64,000 nucleotides of DNA from Tubulanus polymorphus. Taxonomy: Eukaryota > Animalia > Nemertea. Shown piece after piece: positions 52,324 through 64,000 of this stretch (the stretch's first letter is position 1; each line of letters starts with the position of its first letter). A program made the position numbers and the translations under genes. The stretch covers positions 14,818,001 to 14,882,000 of the forward strand of contig NC_134025.1 of assembly GCF_964204645.1 (NCBI RefSeq), written 5' to 3'. The notes under the pieces were generated by a model. The model made no database searches and was not told where the DNA came from. It was given only the letters and a program-made list of their open reading frames with translations.

Positions 52324-55300
52324 TAAAAAGAAAAGGGTGGAAACTCGTATACAGACACTTTGATTTAAAACTGCTGTAACTCCTAAATATCCAAAGGATT
52401 TCGATGAAATCTGTTTTAAATTGTTCAAAACATCCTATATTTTCTAAATATGTCTACTTGGAGGCCATTTGATAACGTTTCACCACTCAAAATCGCGATT
52501 AAATGCGCCGGAGACCCCCAAATTATCATGTACGGCAATTGCTGTGGCAGCAAAAATCCTCTACCTTTCAACTTCCAGTGAAGAGCTTGTGGTGATTTCA
52601 GCGTCTAAATCCAACAAACGATACATCAATCGAAGCACAACATCTTATATTTTGTTCATAACCAGAATTTATTCATCAAATGAACGTAATCTGAGTTTGG
52701 AAGAGCAAACTTTGCAGACAAATGGAAAGCTAATCGGTAAGATACAACTGCCAATTCAAATTCAATTTAATTGCGCAAACTTTCTGAAGAATATATTCGC
52801 AACGGTTTTGGTAGTTTAAAATACAATCCCTGTGATAAGACCCACGTAGAATACGATTTCAATAATCTAATGGGATAAATTAGTCATTACAAAGTAGTTT
52901 CCTGAAAGTTTGCAAAATAAAATTGAATTTGAATTATTACTTATGAAAAATCTTAATTTCGTGACTTCAAAGTTTTGTAAGTTTATATTGTATTTTATCT
53001 TTCTGAAAGAATTATTTTGTAATCAAATAAGACCAAAGATATGCTTTGTTTACAGTCCACGTACATTTCGTAGGGTACATATAGGCGCGGCAGGGAAACT
53101 ATTTTATATTTTGAAAAAACATTTTTTACAATATGAGAAAATATTAGAATAGAAATGATGTCACCAATCACAGGGTGGCTGAATATTGGGTCTTGGAAAT
53201 CTCTTCCAATGTATGGCTGCCGAGGCTAAATTAGCGGTACGTAAAAAATCAGCGTATGTACGTAGATTGTTATAAGTCCTGGATTTTACCACGAAAATAT
53301 TCAGACCTAGACCAACTTTGCTGCTTAGTATTTTCAGGTCACAAGAAATTACAATTTATTACAAGTCGTGGAGTGTCTAAAGTGAACGTTCTCTAACACT
53401 TCAATACTTTCAAAACAATCACTGGGGATTAAAATGAAACAATACCTATGGCAGATATGTGAAATAATTATATTCTCACCAGCAATGAGCATTTGGAATT
53501 CGCACGTTTACGGCACCTAATCCAATCAAACGTTCGCCATTATAGCTTTTCCATGGTTATTTTAGTAGCGCCGGAATTCCCCGTATATCCCAGAAACAGC
53601 CAATCACATTCGCTCGTAGAGACGACCCCCCCCCGCCCCCCCCCAATCGAGGTCATTGCAATTTTATACGAAAGAGCTACGAATTTTCCTGCCAAAAACA
53701 GTTTTTCGTTGAATTTCTAACAAAGTTGACCATGTCATCGACGGAGGTTCGCCATGTCTTCAATCTCATCGATTATACATTGTTTAGGCCGAGAACCAAT
53801 AAAACATATGCTCACATAAAAAAACGTACCGCGATTTTACATGAATTGGCTCAATGCCAACTTCATATCGCTGACAAAGGTAAACCAAAAATCGAAGATG
53901 TCATGGCATGTTAAGGCAGGTTCAAACAATACCAATACATAGGAATTCAGGTGAACATCCGTTCAGATACTTACATTTTCTTTTGACCAGAGTTGTCAAT
54001 GACATGTACAAACAGACCACCGACAGCAAAGAAAAAAAGGAACCTAAAAAATGAAAACATACACATAAATACATGATGGATATTTTCAAAATCTAGATGC
54101 TATTGCTGTGGAATACCTGCAAGCATTTATAAAGGGCAGATTAACCGTATGGTGCCTAGCATTCATTCGATTGGAAGCGCTTCATTGCTTAACATAAGCA
54201 ATTTTACTGCTGCTGTCAGTAAGATGGAATGTGAATCTACAAATTAGCAGGACTGTACTAACCCTTTCAGTACTGGCCATTTAATATGGTATAATACTGA
54301 GATGATTTTTGGGTGAAACCAGTGTCTCCAGTTAACCTAGCATTACTCAGAAACTACTCAACCTAAATAAAACAAACTACACACCAAATTAGAGATATGA
54401 ATCAGCGCTACATTTCAGCATAATTTTTTCATTGGTTCTGATTGGTGCGTTGAGCTCAAGTGACCAATGTCAGCCATCTTGCATTCGAAATTACCATGGA
54501 AAATTTTGGGAATAGCAGCCTCGAAAAATAATAATCCTCAAAATAGAAATAGATAAATACACTTCTTTTCTATGATATGATGACAAAAGAAATTTATTGG
54601 AACAAAATGTTTCATAAAAATATGGTACGGAAATATAGAACTCTACTGTGAACAATATCGCATTGGTGGGGTAACATTTGATCTGAGTGACCCTTGGGCA
54701 CCTCAGACTGCACAGATTATGATAAAATCTGTCTTTGTCTTCTTCACTTCTTTAGAATCAGTCTATGTAAAGATTGAGAAAGAATTTTTGCATTATTTAC
54801 TTGAAATGCAATCCTAATTGCTTATCATATAAGTACTAGGTCACTAGGCCTAAGGTGCCCCCTAGAACTACTGAATCAAAAAATATTGCTATCTGTATTC
54901 GTCAATACCTTCATAAACAAATTATCCCTCTACTCAGTCACATCAGAGCCAATCTGGCCGTTGGAATTCAATTGAATATTATCTTAACTCTTCACAGACT
55001 GATAGTCTCAAATTCGGGGCCATTTTGCCTTTTGTTTTACCACAAGACTTGTTGAAAGTTTAAAAACTTTTAAATTCTCTCACAAAATCGACCATGGCAC
55101 TACCTGGTAGATGTTTACTATAACCAGGAAGCGTTCAAAATACAGTAGGGTCCGAGTCCCGACATAATAATCTAATGAGGTGCGTATATTCTGTGTTTGT
55201 TTTACTGGCTTCCCGGAAGAGGGTGCATACTGAAAGTGTTAATGATACATAGGCCTAAAAGATATAGAATTCCATAGTTTTCTTTGAAACAGGTCAAAAC

Positions 55301-55489
55301 ATTCTAAAAACATCATTTTTACACCCTGGTTTGGAATAAAGCTGAAAGCCAGAAGGTGGCAGCACCAGCTGGTTAGAGCAAAACTAAAGCCTGGATAGAT
55401 TTATCAGTCTACATCCATTTATGTAGATTTACCACGATCCCTAGCTACCATAGGGCTAAGTGCAAAATTTTTATGGGGGTCCTCCCCCA

Positions 55490-56045
55490 AGAAAATTTTA
55501 GAAATTAAAAGCGTTTTCCGAGCACTTAGAGTGATCTTGAACCCATGAACAACTATTATATTTTGGAAGGTAATGGCTAGTTCCAATGTGGTACATCCTC
55601 ATTCGATGACATTCGGCATCTCATGCATTACGGGTCGAACCCTGAATTATTGCAGTTAAAAATGCTCACTAAAAATCATCACCCAGTAGTGTATAATATC
55701 TGAAGGCATTCGCCACACACGTGCGGCAACAGTAAGTAGGCCTATGTACATTACTACTGTTGCCACGTGCGCGTGTCTGCGACCGATCGATAAAATACAT
55801 ACACACTCATCGTAGTACAAATGTAGATACAAAATCAGTGTTGCAATGAATATGCATTGAAATGCTAAAACTGGCACTGAACGCTTTTACGGTTCACCTG
55901 ATTACCTATCGCACCAGACCAATTGAATGAGATCATCACCCCCCCCCCCCATACTTTTGCATCATTTTTGACTATTTGGAAAATTGATATTTTTCAATAC
56001 CGAAATCCGCGGGAAACTGGGATCCACGGGAAATTCTCATCCCTG
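55490..56045. mobile_element. Uninterrupted copy of the CATCCCTG-ended hAT-like MITE
   Basis: Matches 26290-26520 joined to 29356-29662. Ends CCGCGGGAAA..TTCTCATCCCTG. Confidence 0.75.
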
Positions 56046-56064
56046 GGAATTTACAATCCTGTTC

Positions 56065-56360
56065 AACAGTCTATCTTGGAAATAAGTAGGTCTAACTAGT
56101 GGAGTCATGCTAGGTAGTATCCTTAGTCATCTTCCCTTCACTGTCCTGATAAATGATATACACAGTAATCCAAAATGTACAGGACCAAGCAAATTTCCAA
56201 AATGACCTAAACAAGCTGTGTTCCGTACATGGTCAGAAACAAAGACAGTGAGGTTCATCCTGAAAAAGGCATAATATGGATATTGGATATGAAGAAAACC
56301 CAGGTTTATATTTGACTTTTTGTTCGAGTGAGAAGCTTATTTTGTTTGAATGAAGATTAC
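56065..56360 (+). pseudogene. Second copy of the deleted CR1/L2 RT fragment
   Basis: Colinear with about 12390-12680, including the same INDI-to-QNDLN deletion junction and the downstream non-RT sequence. Confidence 0.7.
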
Positions 56361-56434
56361 TCATTATATGCCAATGGTGTCAGCAGTTGGAACAATGGGA
56401 TACGAATTACCCGTAGAATATTCAATTGTTTTTA

Positions 56435-57040
56435 AACTAGGGATCCAGAGACACCATGCCCACTTGGGAAGTGGTGACAAATGCTCAACAATCTAACAAT
56501 TTCAATATTCATCGCCCCCTGGCGACCATATACAAAAATCAATGATCTTGAAATTCACCACTATCATAGAATATGTCAGCAGCAACAATTTTGTTATTGA
56601 TTGTGATAACATAATATGCCTCGCTACCAATTTAATATGTAAATACTAAGTAATTCTATTATTCAATGGCCCCAGGTGACCAAAAGCAAAACCCAATGAC
56701 CTTGAAACTCAGCACAATCATAGAACATATCATGTTTGCAATTATTCATGGTAACAAAATATGCCTTGGTACCAATGTATTAGGGAAATACTAAGTTATT
56801 CTACTATCCAACGCCCCCTGATGACCATATAGAATAATTTATGTCCTTAAAACTCACCATAATCATAGACAACGTCATGAGCTACAACTTTGTAGGCGAT
56901 TGTGGTAACAATATATTCTTAGGTATCAATATAATGTGGGAAAACTTTTTCCCACCTACGAATGAGTACTGATGACACCAAGATGGCTGCCAATTGCGTA
57001 ATAATTCGCTGATCAAAAATACATGTCTCAGGTATTAAAG
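56435..57040. mobile_element. HINE family B, copy 2 (end truncated)
   Basis: Starts AACTAGGG..GCCCACTTGGGA and has three units of about 150 bp. Confidence 0.8.
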
Positions 57041-57379
57041 ATCCCTCTCCTTTTACTTAAGATTCTTCAGTGTAGCACCTCCTACTCAAAGTGAGCCGGC
57101 GGTCTAGTTGATGTATGATACGCTTCCTCATTACTACAACTGTCAACACAAATCAGTGTGCAGACCATCAGGGGCATTTATTTTCTTCTAAGCGAAAGAA
57201 TTAATTCAAATCATCTATAAATACGTTTTTATTCATTTATCTCCTTTCTATAACTTACAGTAGATGATTTATATGTTTTTTTTATATTTTATTTCAATTT
57301 TTCTCATTTCCCGATTTAATGCATATACTGCTATACTCTGTCAACATTTTCATTCCAATGAATTACAGCTAAATTAGAT

Positions 57380-58354
57380 CGCATTAAGTATTCGCTATCC
57401 GCAAATGATATTCTTTTATCCTGAAAATGTTCAATACATTGTTGAAACTCTCATCATAAAACGAATCAGGGCCAAGAATAAAGTTTTCTGCATGTTGGTA
57501 TAAATATGACGAGTGGATTACATTTCTCAATAATTTTTTTTCGATAGATGATGTTAACACTTTTTCTTGATGGTCCATAAATTATATCTTTTTTGCAGCG
57601 TGAATCTGGGTGACAATTTTCGTGGTTTTTCAATAGTATTCTATCATATTGTCCAAGTATTTTCGCAACTTTGCTTCAACTTCTTCGCAGTTTTTTCAAC
57701 AGCCCACTGAATATGGGTACCAATAGGCTTTGTTTTGTCATGAAGTTCCTCCTGCCAGGTTTCCGCATGCTATTCTTGAGCACCGCGCCCAATGTTTTTG
57801 ACATTTCGCAAGATGTTATAAATTGCGTGCCATGAATCGTTTTGGTTTTGACAGCCTTGGTCACGAACAAACGTATTTACACTTGTACTGTTGTAATGGC
57901 AGATCACACCAATATTTAACCATTCGATATCTAGAGTGAAAGTAAGATACTGGTATATTCGCTCAGTACCTAGTCGTTCCATGTCTCTGAGATACGGGAT
58001 CATCGACTTTCGTTATATGTTCACAACCAAAACATTGTTGGTCTTTTCTCCCATAGCGATGACAGTTGAATCTTAAAACATTTTTTCGCACTCGGTGCCG
58101 AGCATCGGACATGATATCAATAGTTTCTGGGTCATCATAACAGGCAAGCTCTTACAGAAGAGCATTTTTTATTGAACTATCACGAACTTCCTGGGCGGAT
58201 AATTCATATCTATCCTGATATTTGGTAAGATTATAATATGTAAGTATTCCGAGAGAAACACCATCAATGAACCTTTTGTAGGCGGAATATATGAATCCAG
58301 ACGAATAATATCTGTGAGTGACGCGTACATTGACAAGCAATTCATCATCTGGAA
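57380..58354 (-). pseudogene. Degraded DDE transposase, probably Mutator-like
   Basis: Minus strand reads LLVNVR..H..SSG, IMSDARH..RKN..STVIAMGEKT, DDPVSQRH, ERLGTERIY and NQNDSWH across frameshifts. Superfamily is tentative. Confidence 0.5.
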
Positions 58355-59114
58355 TAGGGTAACTCACTGTAATTTCGGAAGACCACATAAGTTCGGAAGT
58401 TTTCTTCTACGGCCTCTCCGCGGTTGCGGAGAGGGAATACCTATTCCGACTAGCTTAAATTTGAAAAAGGGGGAGTAGGTTGGTATTTCCTGGGAATTCC
58501 ACGGGAATCCGCGCCATTTTGATGACGTAGTACGCATTTCTTTCTGGCACACGAAATCAGCGCGGCAAATCGCTAAAGTCGGTCACGTATGTACACTATT
58601 GATTCGCCCCGCTTTTACGGCATATCGTGGCAGCCGATACGTAAACACTGCCGCAGAGTTCTAGGAAGCCGATAGTTTGTTTATAAACATTCATTTACTA
58701 TCGGAATACGCTCATTGTTACATAAACCGCGATTTTCCAAAACTCAAATGCCTACACATAATTTCGGAAATCCCATACCCAGCTTTCACGGCTCCTCCAC
58801 GTAATTTCGGAAGTTCCGAAATAATGTATAATTGTTATTACGTATGTTTACACAGCTGTTTTTCCTAGAAATGAACGATTCTATTTCTAATTAAAAACAA
58901 CACACAACTTTTTTAGATCAAAATTGAATTCATTTAAGCTTAGGCCTATATTTAGTTGGACCTTGTGGCTAATGACTGTAGCAGCCTAATAAAATTAAAA
59001 CAAATTGAAAAACTAACTCAAATTGAAGGTCTTAGACCCTAAGCTGTTTTATCGACCCAAGGACAGTGCCCTTTCTCTGTAAGCATTTATCTAAAATTTG
59101 GTTTTATTTCCAGG

Positions 59115-62100
59115 ATGCCAAAGGTTTATTGCAAATGGTCAGAAGACCAAATGACCCACGCGATTGAATCAGTGAAATCTGGTTCTTCGATATTGAGAGC
59201 AGCCAGTGAGTTTTCTGTACCAAAATCAACTCTGCATGATAGAGTTAGTGGAAAAATCTGTCATGCAACAGCAAAATTAGGCAGGCCGTCCCATCTCAGC
59301 ATGGCGGATGAGACAAAACTTGCAGACTTTGCAAAGAACCGAGCTGATTTGGGGTATGGGTTCTCGAAAAGTAATTTTCTGAGGTATGCTGGTGATTTGG
59401 CACTCAAACGCGGCAAACCATTCCAGGAGGTATGTCTATTGACTTGTGATCTGTTAATTCTCAGCTTGGTACATAGGCCTATAAGTTAAAAATCTATATA
59501 TATATTTATTTCTGTAGGTTGTTCCTAGTGACCAGTTTTGGGCTGGCTTTAAAGCAAGAACCCCAAGCGTATCGTTGCGAAAACCAGAGGGCACTGCTGC
59601 TGTTAGGCACCAGTGCATGAACGTGAACTAGGGGTCCAGGGACACCATGCCCACTTGGGAAGTGGTTTCAAATGCTCAACAATCTAACAAATTCAATATT
59701 CAACGCCCCCTGGTGACCATATACAGAATCCAATGACCTTGAAACTCACCACAATCATAGAACATGTCAGCAGCTACGATTTTGTAATTGATTGTGATAA
59801 CAAAATAAGCCTCGTTACCAATTTAATATGGAAATACCAAGTCATTCTACTATTCAACGCCCCCTGGTGACCATATTCAAAACCCAATGACCTCAAAACT
59901 CACAACAATCATAGAATATGTCACGAACTACAACTTTGCAATTGATCATGGCAACAAAATATGCCTAGGTACCAATATAATAAGGAAATACTAAGTTATT
60001 CTACTATTCAACGCACCCTGGTGACCATATAGAAAAACTTATGTACTTAAAACTCGCAAAAATCATAGATGATGTCATGAGCTACAACTTTGCAATTGAT
60101 TGTGGTTACAAAATATGCATTGATACGAATATAATAAAGAAATGCTAAGATATTGTATTATTCAACGCCCCCTGGTGGCCATATACAAAATCCAATTACC
60201 TTGAAACTCACCACAATCATAGAACACGTTATGAGCTACAACTTTCTAATTGATTGTGGTAGCAAAATACGCTTAGGTATCAATATAATGTGGAAAAACT
60301 TTTTCCCACTTATGAATGAGTACTGCTGACACCAAGATGGCCGCCAATTGCGTCATAATTGGCTGATGAAAAATACCTGTCTCAGGTATAAAACATCCCT
60401 TTCCAAAGAATACCCATCAAAAATTGTAATGAGAAATGGCAAACCAGTAGGAAGCTACAGGACTCAGAATTCGGGCCAAAATTCACATTTTTGGGCACTA
60501 AAAAGGCCATAGGACGGCCATCTTGAGTCCGACCGACCCAATTTTTGTTAAGTTCATGGGCCCTGGGGGGGTTCACATATATCCGAAAGATCAAGATAAT
60601 TGATCAAAGCGTCTTCAAAATTTCCCTCAAAAAGTTCAAAAATGTGTAAAAAGTGCTGATTTTGGTGAACAACAATGGCTGCAGTCGGCCATCTTGATTC
60701 TGACAGGGCCAGTTTTTGGGCTGAAGATGTGTCTAGGGTAGATACATGTGTAACCCAAATATCAAGACATTACCTTGAAGCGTCTTCAAAACTTCCCAAA
60801 ATAACTGGATTCCGTCTACGGACGGACGGACGGACGACGGACGAAAAGTGAACGCAATAGCCCGCTGGGACTAAAGTTCCAAGTGGGCTAAAAAAGTAGG
60901 CAGCTATTTCAAGGCCATCCAGAGTGCATTGGCTGGTATTCAGCCAATGTACATCTGGAACCTTGACGAAACCGGGGTTCAGTTGACCCACGTACCAGGG
61001 AAAATCGTAACAAGGTAGGGCAAACGAACTGGCCAATTACACTGACCTTATTACAACTATATTCTTATTGTTAATATATCATCTAGAAACAGAGTTGAAT
61101 TTTACAATTCTCTGCTGATACCTTAATGAATAGGCCTACTTGGTTTTTTTCAGAAAAGGAAGCAAGTACGTTCAGTCACGGATAAGCGGAAACCGGGAGA
61201 CGATTACTGTTATGGCGTGTGGTAATGCCTCAGGTCAAATGCTGGCACCACACGTCATATTCAAAGGAAAAACTGTCGCTTCGCTGCAATCGGTGGATTC
61301 GGTAAATGCTCCGGCTGGAACAACTCCGTCAGTTTCAGAAACAGGGTGGACTAAACAGGTATTTATTAAAACAACAAAAATATTAAACAATTATTTGAAA
61401 TCCACCATATTCTAACCATTAAATGTATTTTATCTTTGAATTCTCTAGGGTATTGCCACACTTTGGTTTCGAGAAAGCTTCCTTCCGGCAATCAGACGAA
61501 CACGTCCACAAATATTAATTTCAGATGGCCATAATAGTCACAACTTCCTAGAACTCATCGAATTAGCCAGACAGAACAAAGTCACTCTAGTTGAGTTGTC
61601 AGAGCATACATCACACTGGCTGCAACCCCTAGATAGGTAATAGCACAATCTTTTTCTTAACTCTTTGTAGTATATTCTAGCAATAATATTAATGGTTTAT
61701 TTTTACATAAACAGAACGTGTTTCAAGACTTTAAAATCTAGCTGGAACCGCTTATGTCAAGAATTCTCCAATGATTACCCGGGGGGAGTGATAAACAAAA
61801 ACTGCTTCTTCGAAATATTTCGCAAGGCTTGGCAGAGCATTTCACCAGATATGCTTATCAATGGTTTCAGGTCTTGCGGAATATTTCCTTTCAACCCATA
61901 TGCCATACCAAACGAGGCGTACTTACCGTCTACAACAACAGTTCGCGATATAGTGAGTTATGCATTCATATATGTATTGTATCGGTTAAAATGTCCTGAT
62001 ATATGAGTGTCTAGTATTTATTTATATTCAGATATCAGATCCTGCTTCATTATTGCCAATACAATCATTTGAATTGAATCAAAATCCACCAAGCGAGGTA

Positions 62101-63690
62101 ACATATTACAATAATGCAATTTTGCAATAGAATTTGAAAAATTTTCGTTTTTCTTGATGAATTTTGTTCCATAGTTACACTAATAACAGTTGACGATAGA
62201 GTTATGATTGCTTTAACAAATTTTTAGAATTACTTCTGTGTTTCAGCATTTTTCTGTCCTCGGAGAGCTGCTACATGCAAGATATCCTTTTAAAAACCTG
62301 AATAAACCTGAATAAATTTGCAAGAAACTGAAATGAATTTAATTCAAAATATTTTATTTTAACTTTTGAAAATTAGTGAAAGATACTTATACTGTTTGAT
62401 ATTATTTTTTTCAGGCTCTACCGGTGAACAATTCTTGTTCTTGTAGTACTGCGCTACAGACGTTGGAGTCGGTTATCTCACCTGAAATGAAAATACAATT
62501 TGAATGTCGATACAATGAGGGATATGATGTCGCGGGAGATTCCCTGTATGAGGCATGGAAATCCCTGAAATCAAACGAAATTAACATTCATTCCAACATT
62601 TTCAACAATTCATCATCGCCAGGTGAGACTCAAATGAAATGGGTTTGTTTGATTCAACTAATTGTTAGAACGTGAAATTACCTTTCTAATCTCATTTTCA
62701 AGCTGACTCGGACAAGGATGTTTTAAAATATCCGATTGTGGAAAGTCGTCGCTCGAAAAATCGCATAGAAGATTCGAAACGATATTTCATCCTCACAGCA
62801 GATGATGCCTATGCGAAAGCTCTCGACAAAAATCGGAAATAAGAAGAGAAAGAAAACAAGAAATTAGAACGACAAGAGAGAAATAAGAAATGTGCAACAA
62901 GTGTAAGTTTCAGGGACAACCTCCTGTCGAGTTGTGAGTTCATTCATTTCCCGGTACATCGTGATGATTCTTGACCTGCTAGGTACTTAGTCTATAAATA
63001 TTTCAGGCGTCCTCAAGACCAGTGGCGTCACCTGTCGAGGAAAAAAAAACGAAAATCGTGTAGTCGAGGTAGACCTATGAAAATTAAACATTTAATGAAA
63101 TAAGGTTTTTTGGAATTTAAAATTGAGAAGGGCTACAATGTGTATCTGAATTTCAGGATCCTGTGAGTGTGCCTGAAACAAGTGGCGTGAACTTGATTCA
63201 CGAGATCAATATAAGGTAAATTACTACAAGCTTAGCTTAAAAACATGTAATAGGCCTACCTGGTTAATAGTGATGAATAATCTATCATTACTGGGTTATT
63301 ATCATTGAAGTGAAGGTTCATATGTAACCCTATACCAAGAGGGCCAGAAAGGCAGAAAGCACCTTTACTTCGGAGTGGTATGTTTCATCGGCTAAATTTT
63401 AACTAAAAAAGGAGAAATAGGATTCATGTACGGATAGTTATATATTCAACTATTTGCAGATTCTGGAAATATCGAATGACGGAGAAACAATATCGGTGCA
63501 ATTTTTGGAACAATATTGCAATAAAAATCTGTTCGTTGGCCGGACGTGGAGCTCAAAGAAGATCATCCGGTTGAAAATATCGTAAACAGCTTGGAACCAC
63601 CAGAAGTAGTAAACACAAGGATTCAGATGGTTTTCCGGGCTGCCGAATTTGTGAAAAGTTGCGATTTATTTGCTTGTATATGTACATAAA
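59115..63690 (+). pseudogene. Multi-exon pogo/Fot-like (HTH_psq, CENP-B-type HTH, DDE_1) transposase, DD35D, interrupted
   Basis: In-phase GT-AG exons at 59115-59429, 59518-59627 joined to 60892-61014, 61154-61358, 61449-61636, 61715-61952 and 62032-62097, with later exons to about 63690. Motifs VPKSTLHDR, WNLDETG, SDGHNSH, QPLD and EGYD. A HINE is inserted in exon 2 and there is an apparent stop near 62840. Confidence 0.88.
59626..60891. mobile_element. HINE family B, complete copy, inserted in transposase exon 2
   Basis: Subterminal inverted repeat GCCCACTTGG / CCAAGTGGGC, terminal hairpin, four 154-bp units (59701, 59855, 60009, 60163) and (GGAC)n at about 60818-60843. Inserted in an A-run (TT on the minus strand). 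Confidence 0.9.
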
Positions 63691-63797
63691 TGTTTTACTG
63701 TACTGTTGATAATATATACACGTATTTGTTGTTAAGAAAAAAATCATTTGTTGTTAAATCATTAAAGTTATTACTGTTATTGGCTACGATTATGGGA

Positions 63798-63999
63798 AAA
63801 AGTGCAGATCTGCACCTCTCCGCATAAACGGTTCAATCAATTACATTAAATAATACATAAAGTTTCAGATTCAAAATGTCATCAGCAATTCATACATTGC
63901 CATTGGTTAATTTTAATATATCTTCACTAGAAAGATTTAGCCTGGATACTGTCATTCAGTAGATTGCGTCAATCACGAGAGGTGCGGATCTGCACTTTT
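63798..63999. repeat. 23-bp inverted repeat pair, possibly a small MITE cut by the window edge
   Basis: AAAAGTGCAGATCTGCACCTCTC (63798-63820) vs GAGAGGTGCGGATCTGCACTTTT (63977-63999), one mismatch. Confidence 0.65.
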
Positions 64000-64000
64000 A

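Larger units (their letters stand above)
58357..63690 (+). mobile_element. pogo/Fot-like DNA transposon; right TIR not within the window
   Basis: Putative left end TA|GGGTAACTCACTGTAATTTCGGAA, with TAATTTCGGAA-type motifs repeated at about 58370, 58389, 58759 and 58803. It truncates the Mutator-like remnant exactly at the TA. Confidence 0.6.

Noticed and set aside
52324-55480. Possible host gene or promoter region
   Set aside because: Only short ORFs without recognisable domains and no consistent exon chain. It is more likely unresolved non-autonomous repeats.
51011-60300. 154-bp periodic repeats as a CRISPR-like or coding repeat system
   Set aside because: The whole unit is repeated and lies inside HINE elements, with no variable spacers or conserved ORF.

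Overview
This window is eukaryotic (animal, AT-rich, invertebrate-like) DNA made almost entirely of nested transposable elements. I see no convincing host gene, RNA gene or CRISPR array. The main contents are: (1) a near-complete young BEL/Pao LTR retrotransposon (39936-46567; near-identical LTRs, 5-bp TSD). It sits inside a TIR MITE, which sits inside the integrase of a degraded Gypsy element that also holds a hAT-like element. (2) A second, internally deleted Gypsy element (26521-29351; 4-bp TSD, tRNA-Ala-like PBS). (3) A family of CAGGG-ended hAT-like elements with 6-bp TSDs, plus a decayed near-full-length transposase. (4) At least four families of Helentron-like non-autonomous elements (HINEs), two carrying 145-154 bp tandem arrays. 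(5) A multi-intron pogo/Fot-like DD35D transposase interrupted in an exon by a HINE. (6) Many MITEs, a long inverted repeat, and LINE, Zator-like and Mutator-like remnants. Family names come from motifs read by eye, not from database searches. I cannot demonstrate a new biological system; the best leads are the 6-bp-TSD hAT-like family and the intron-rich DD35D transposase.
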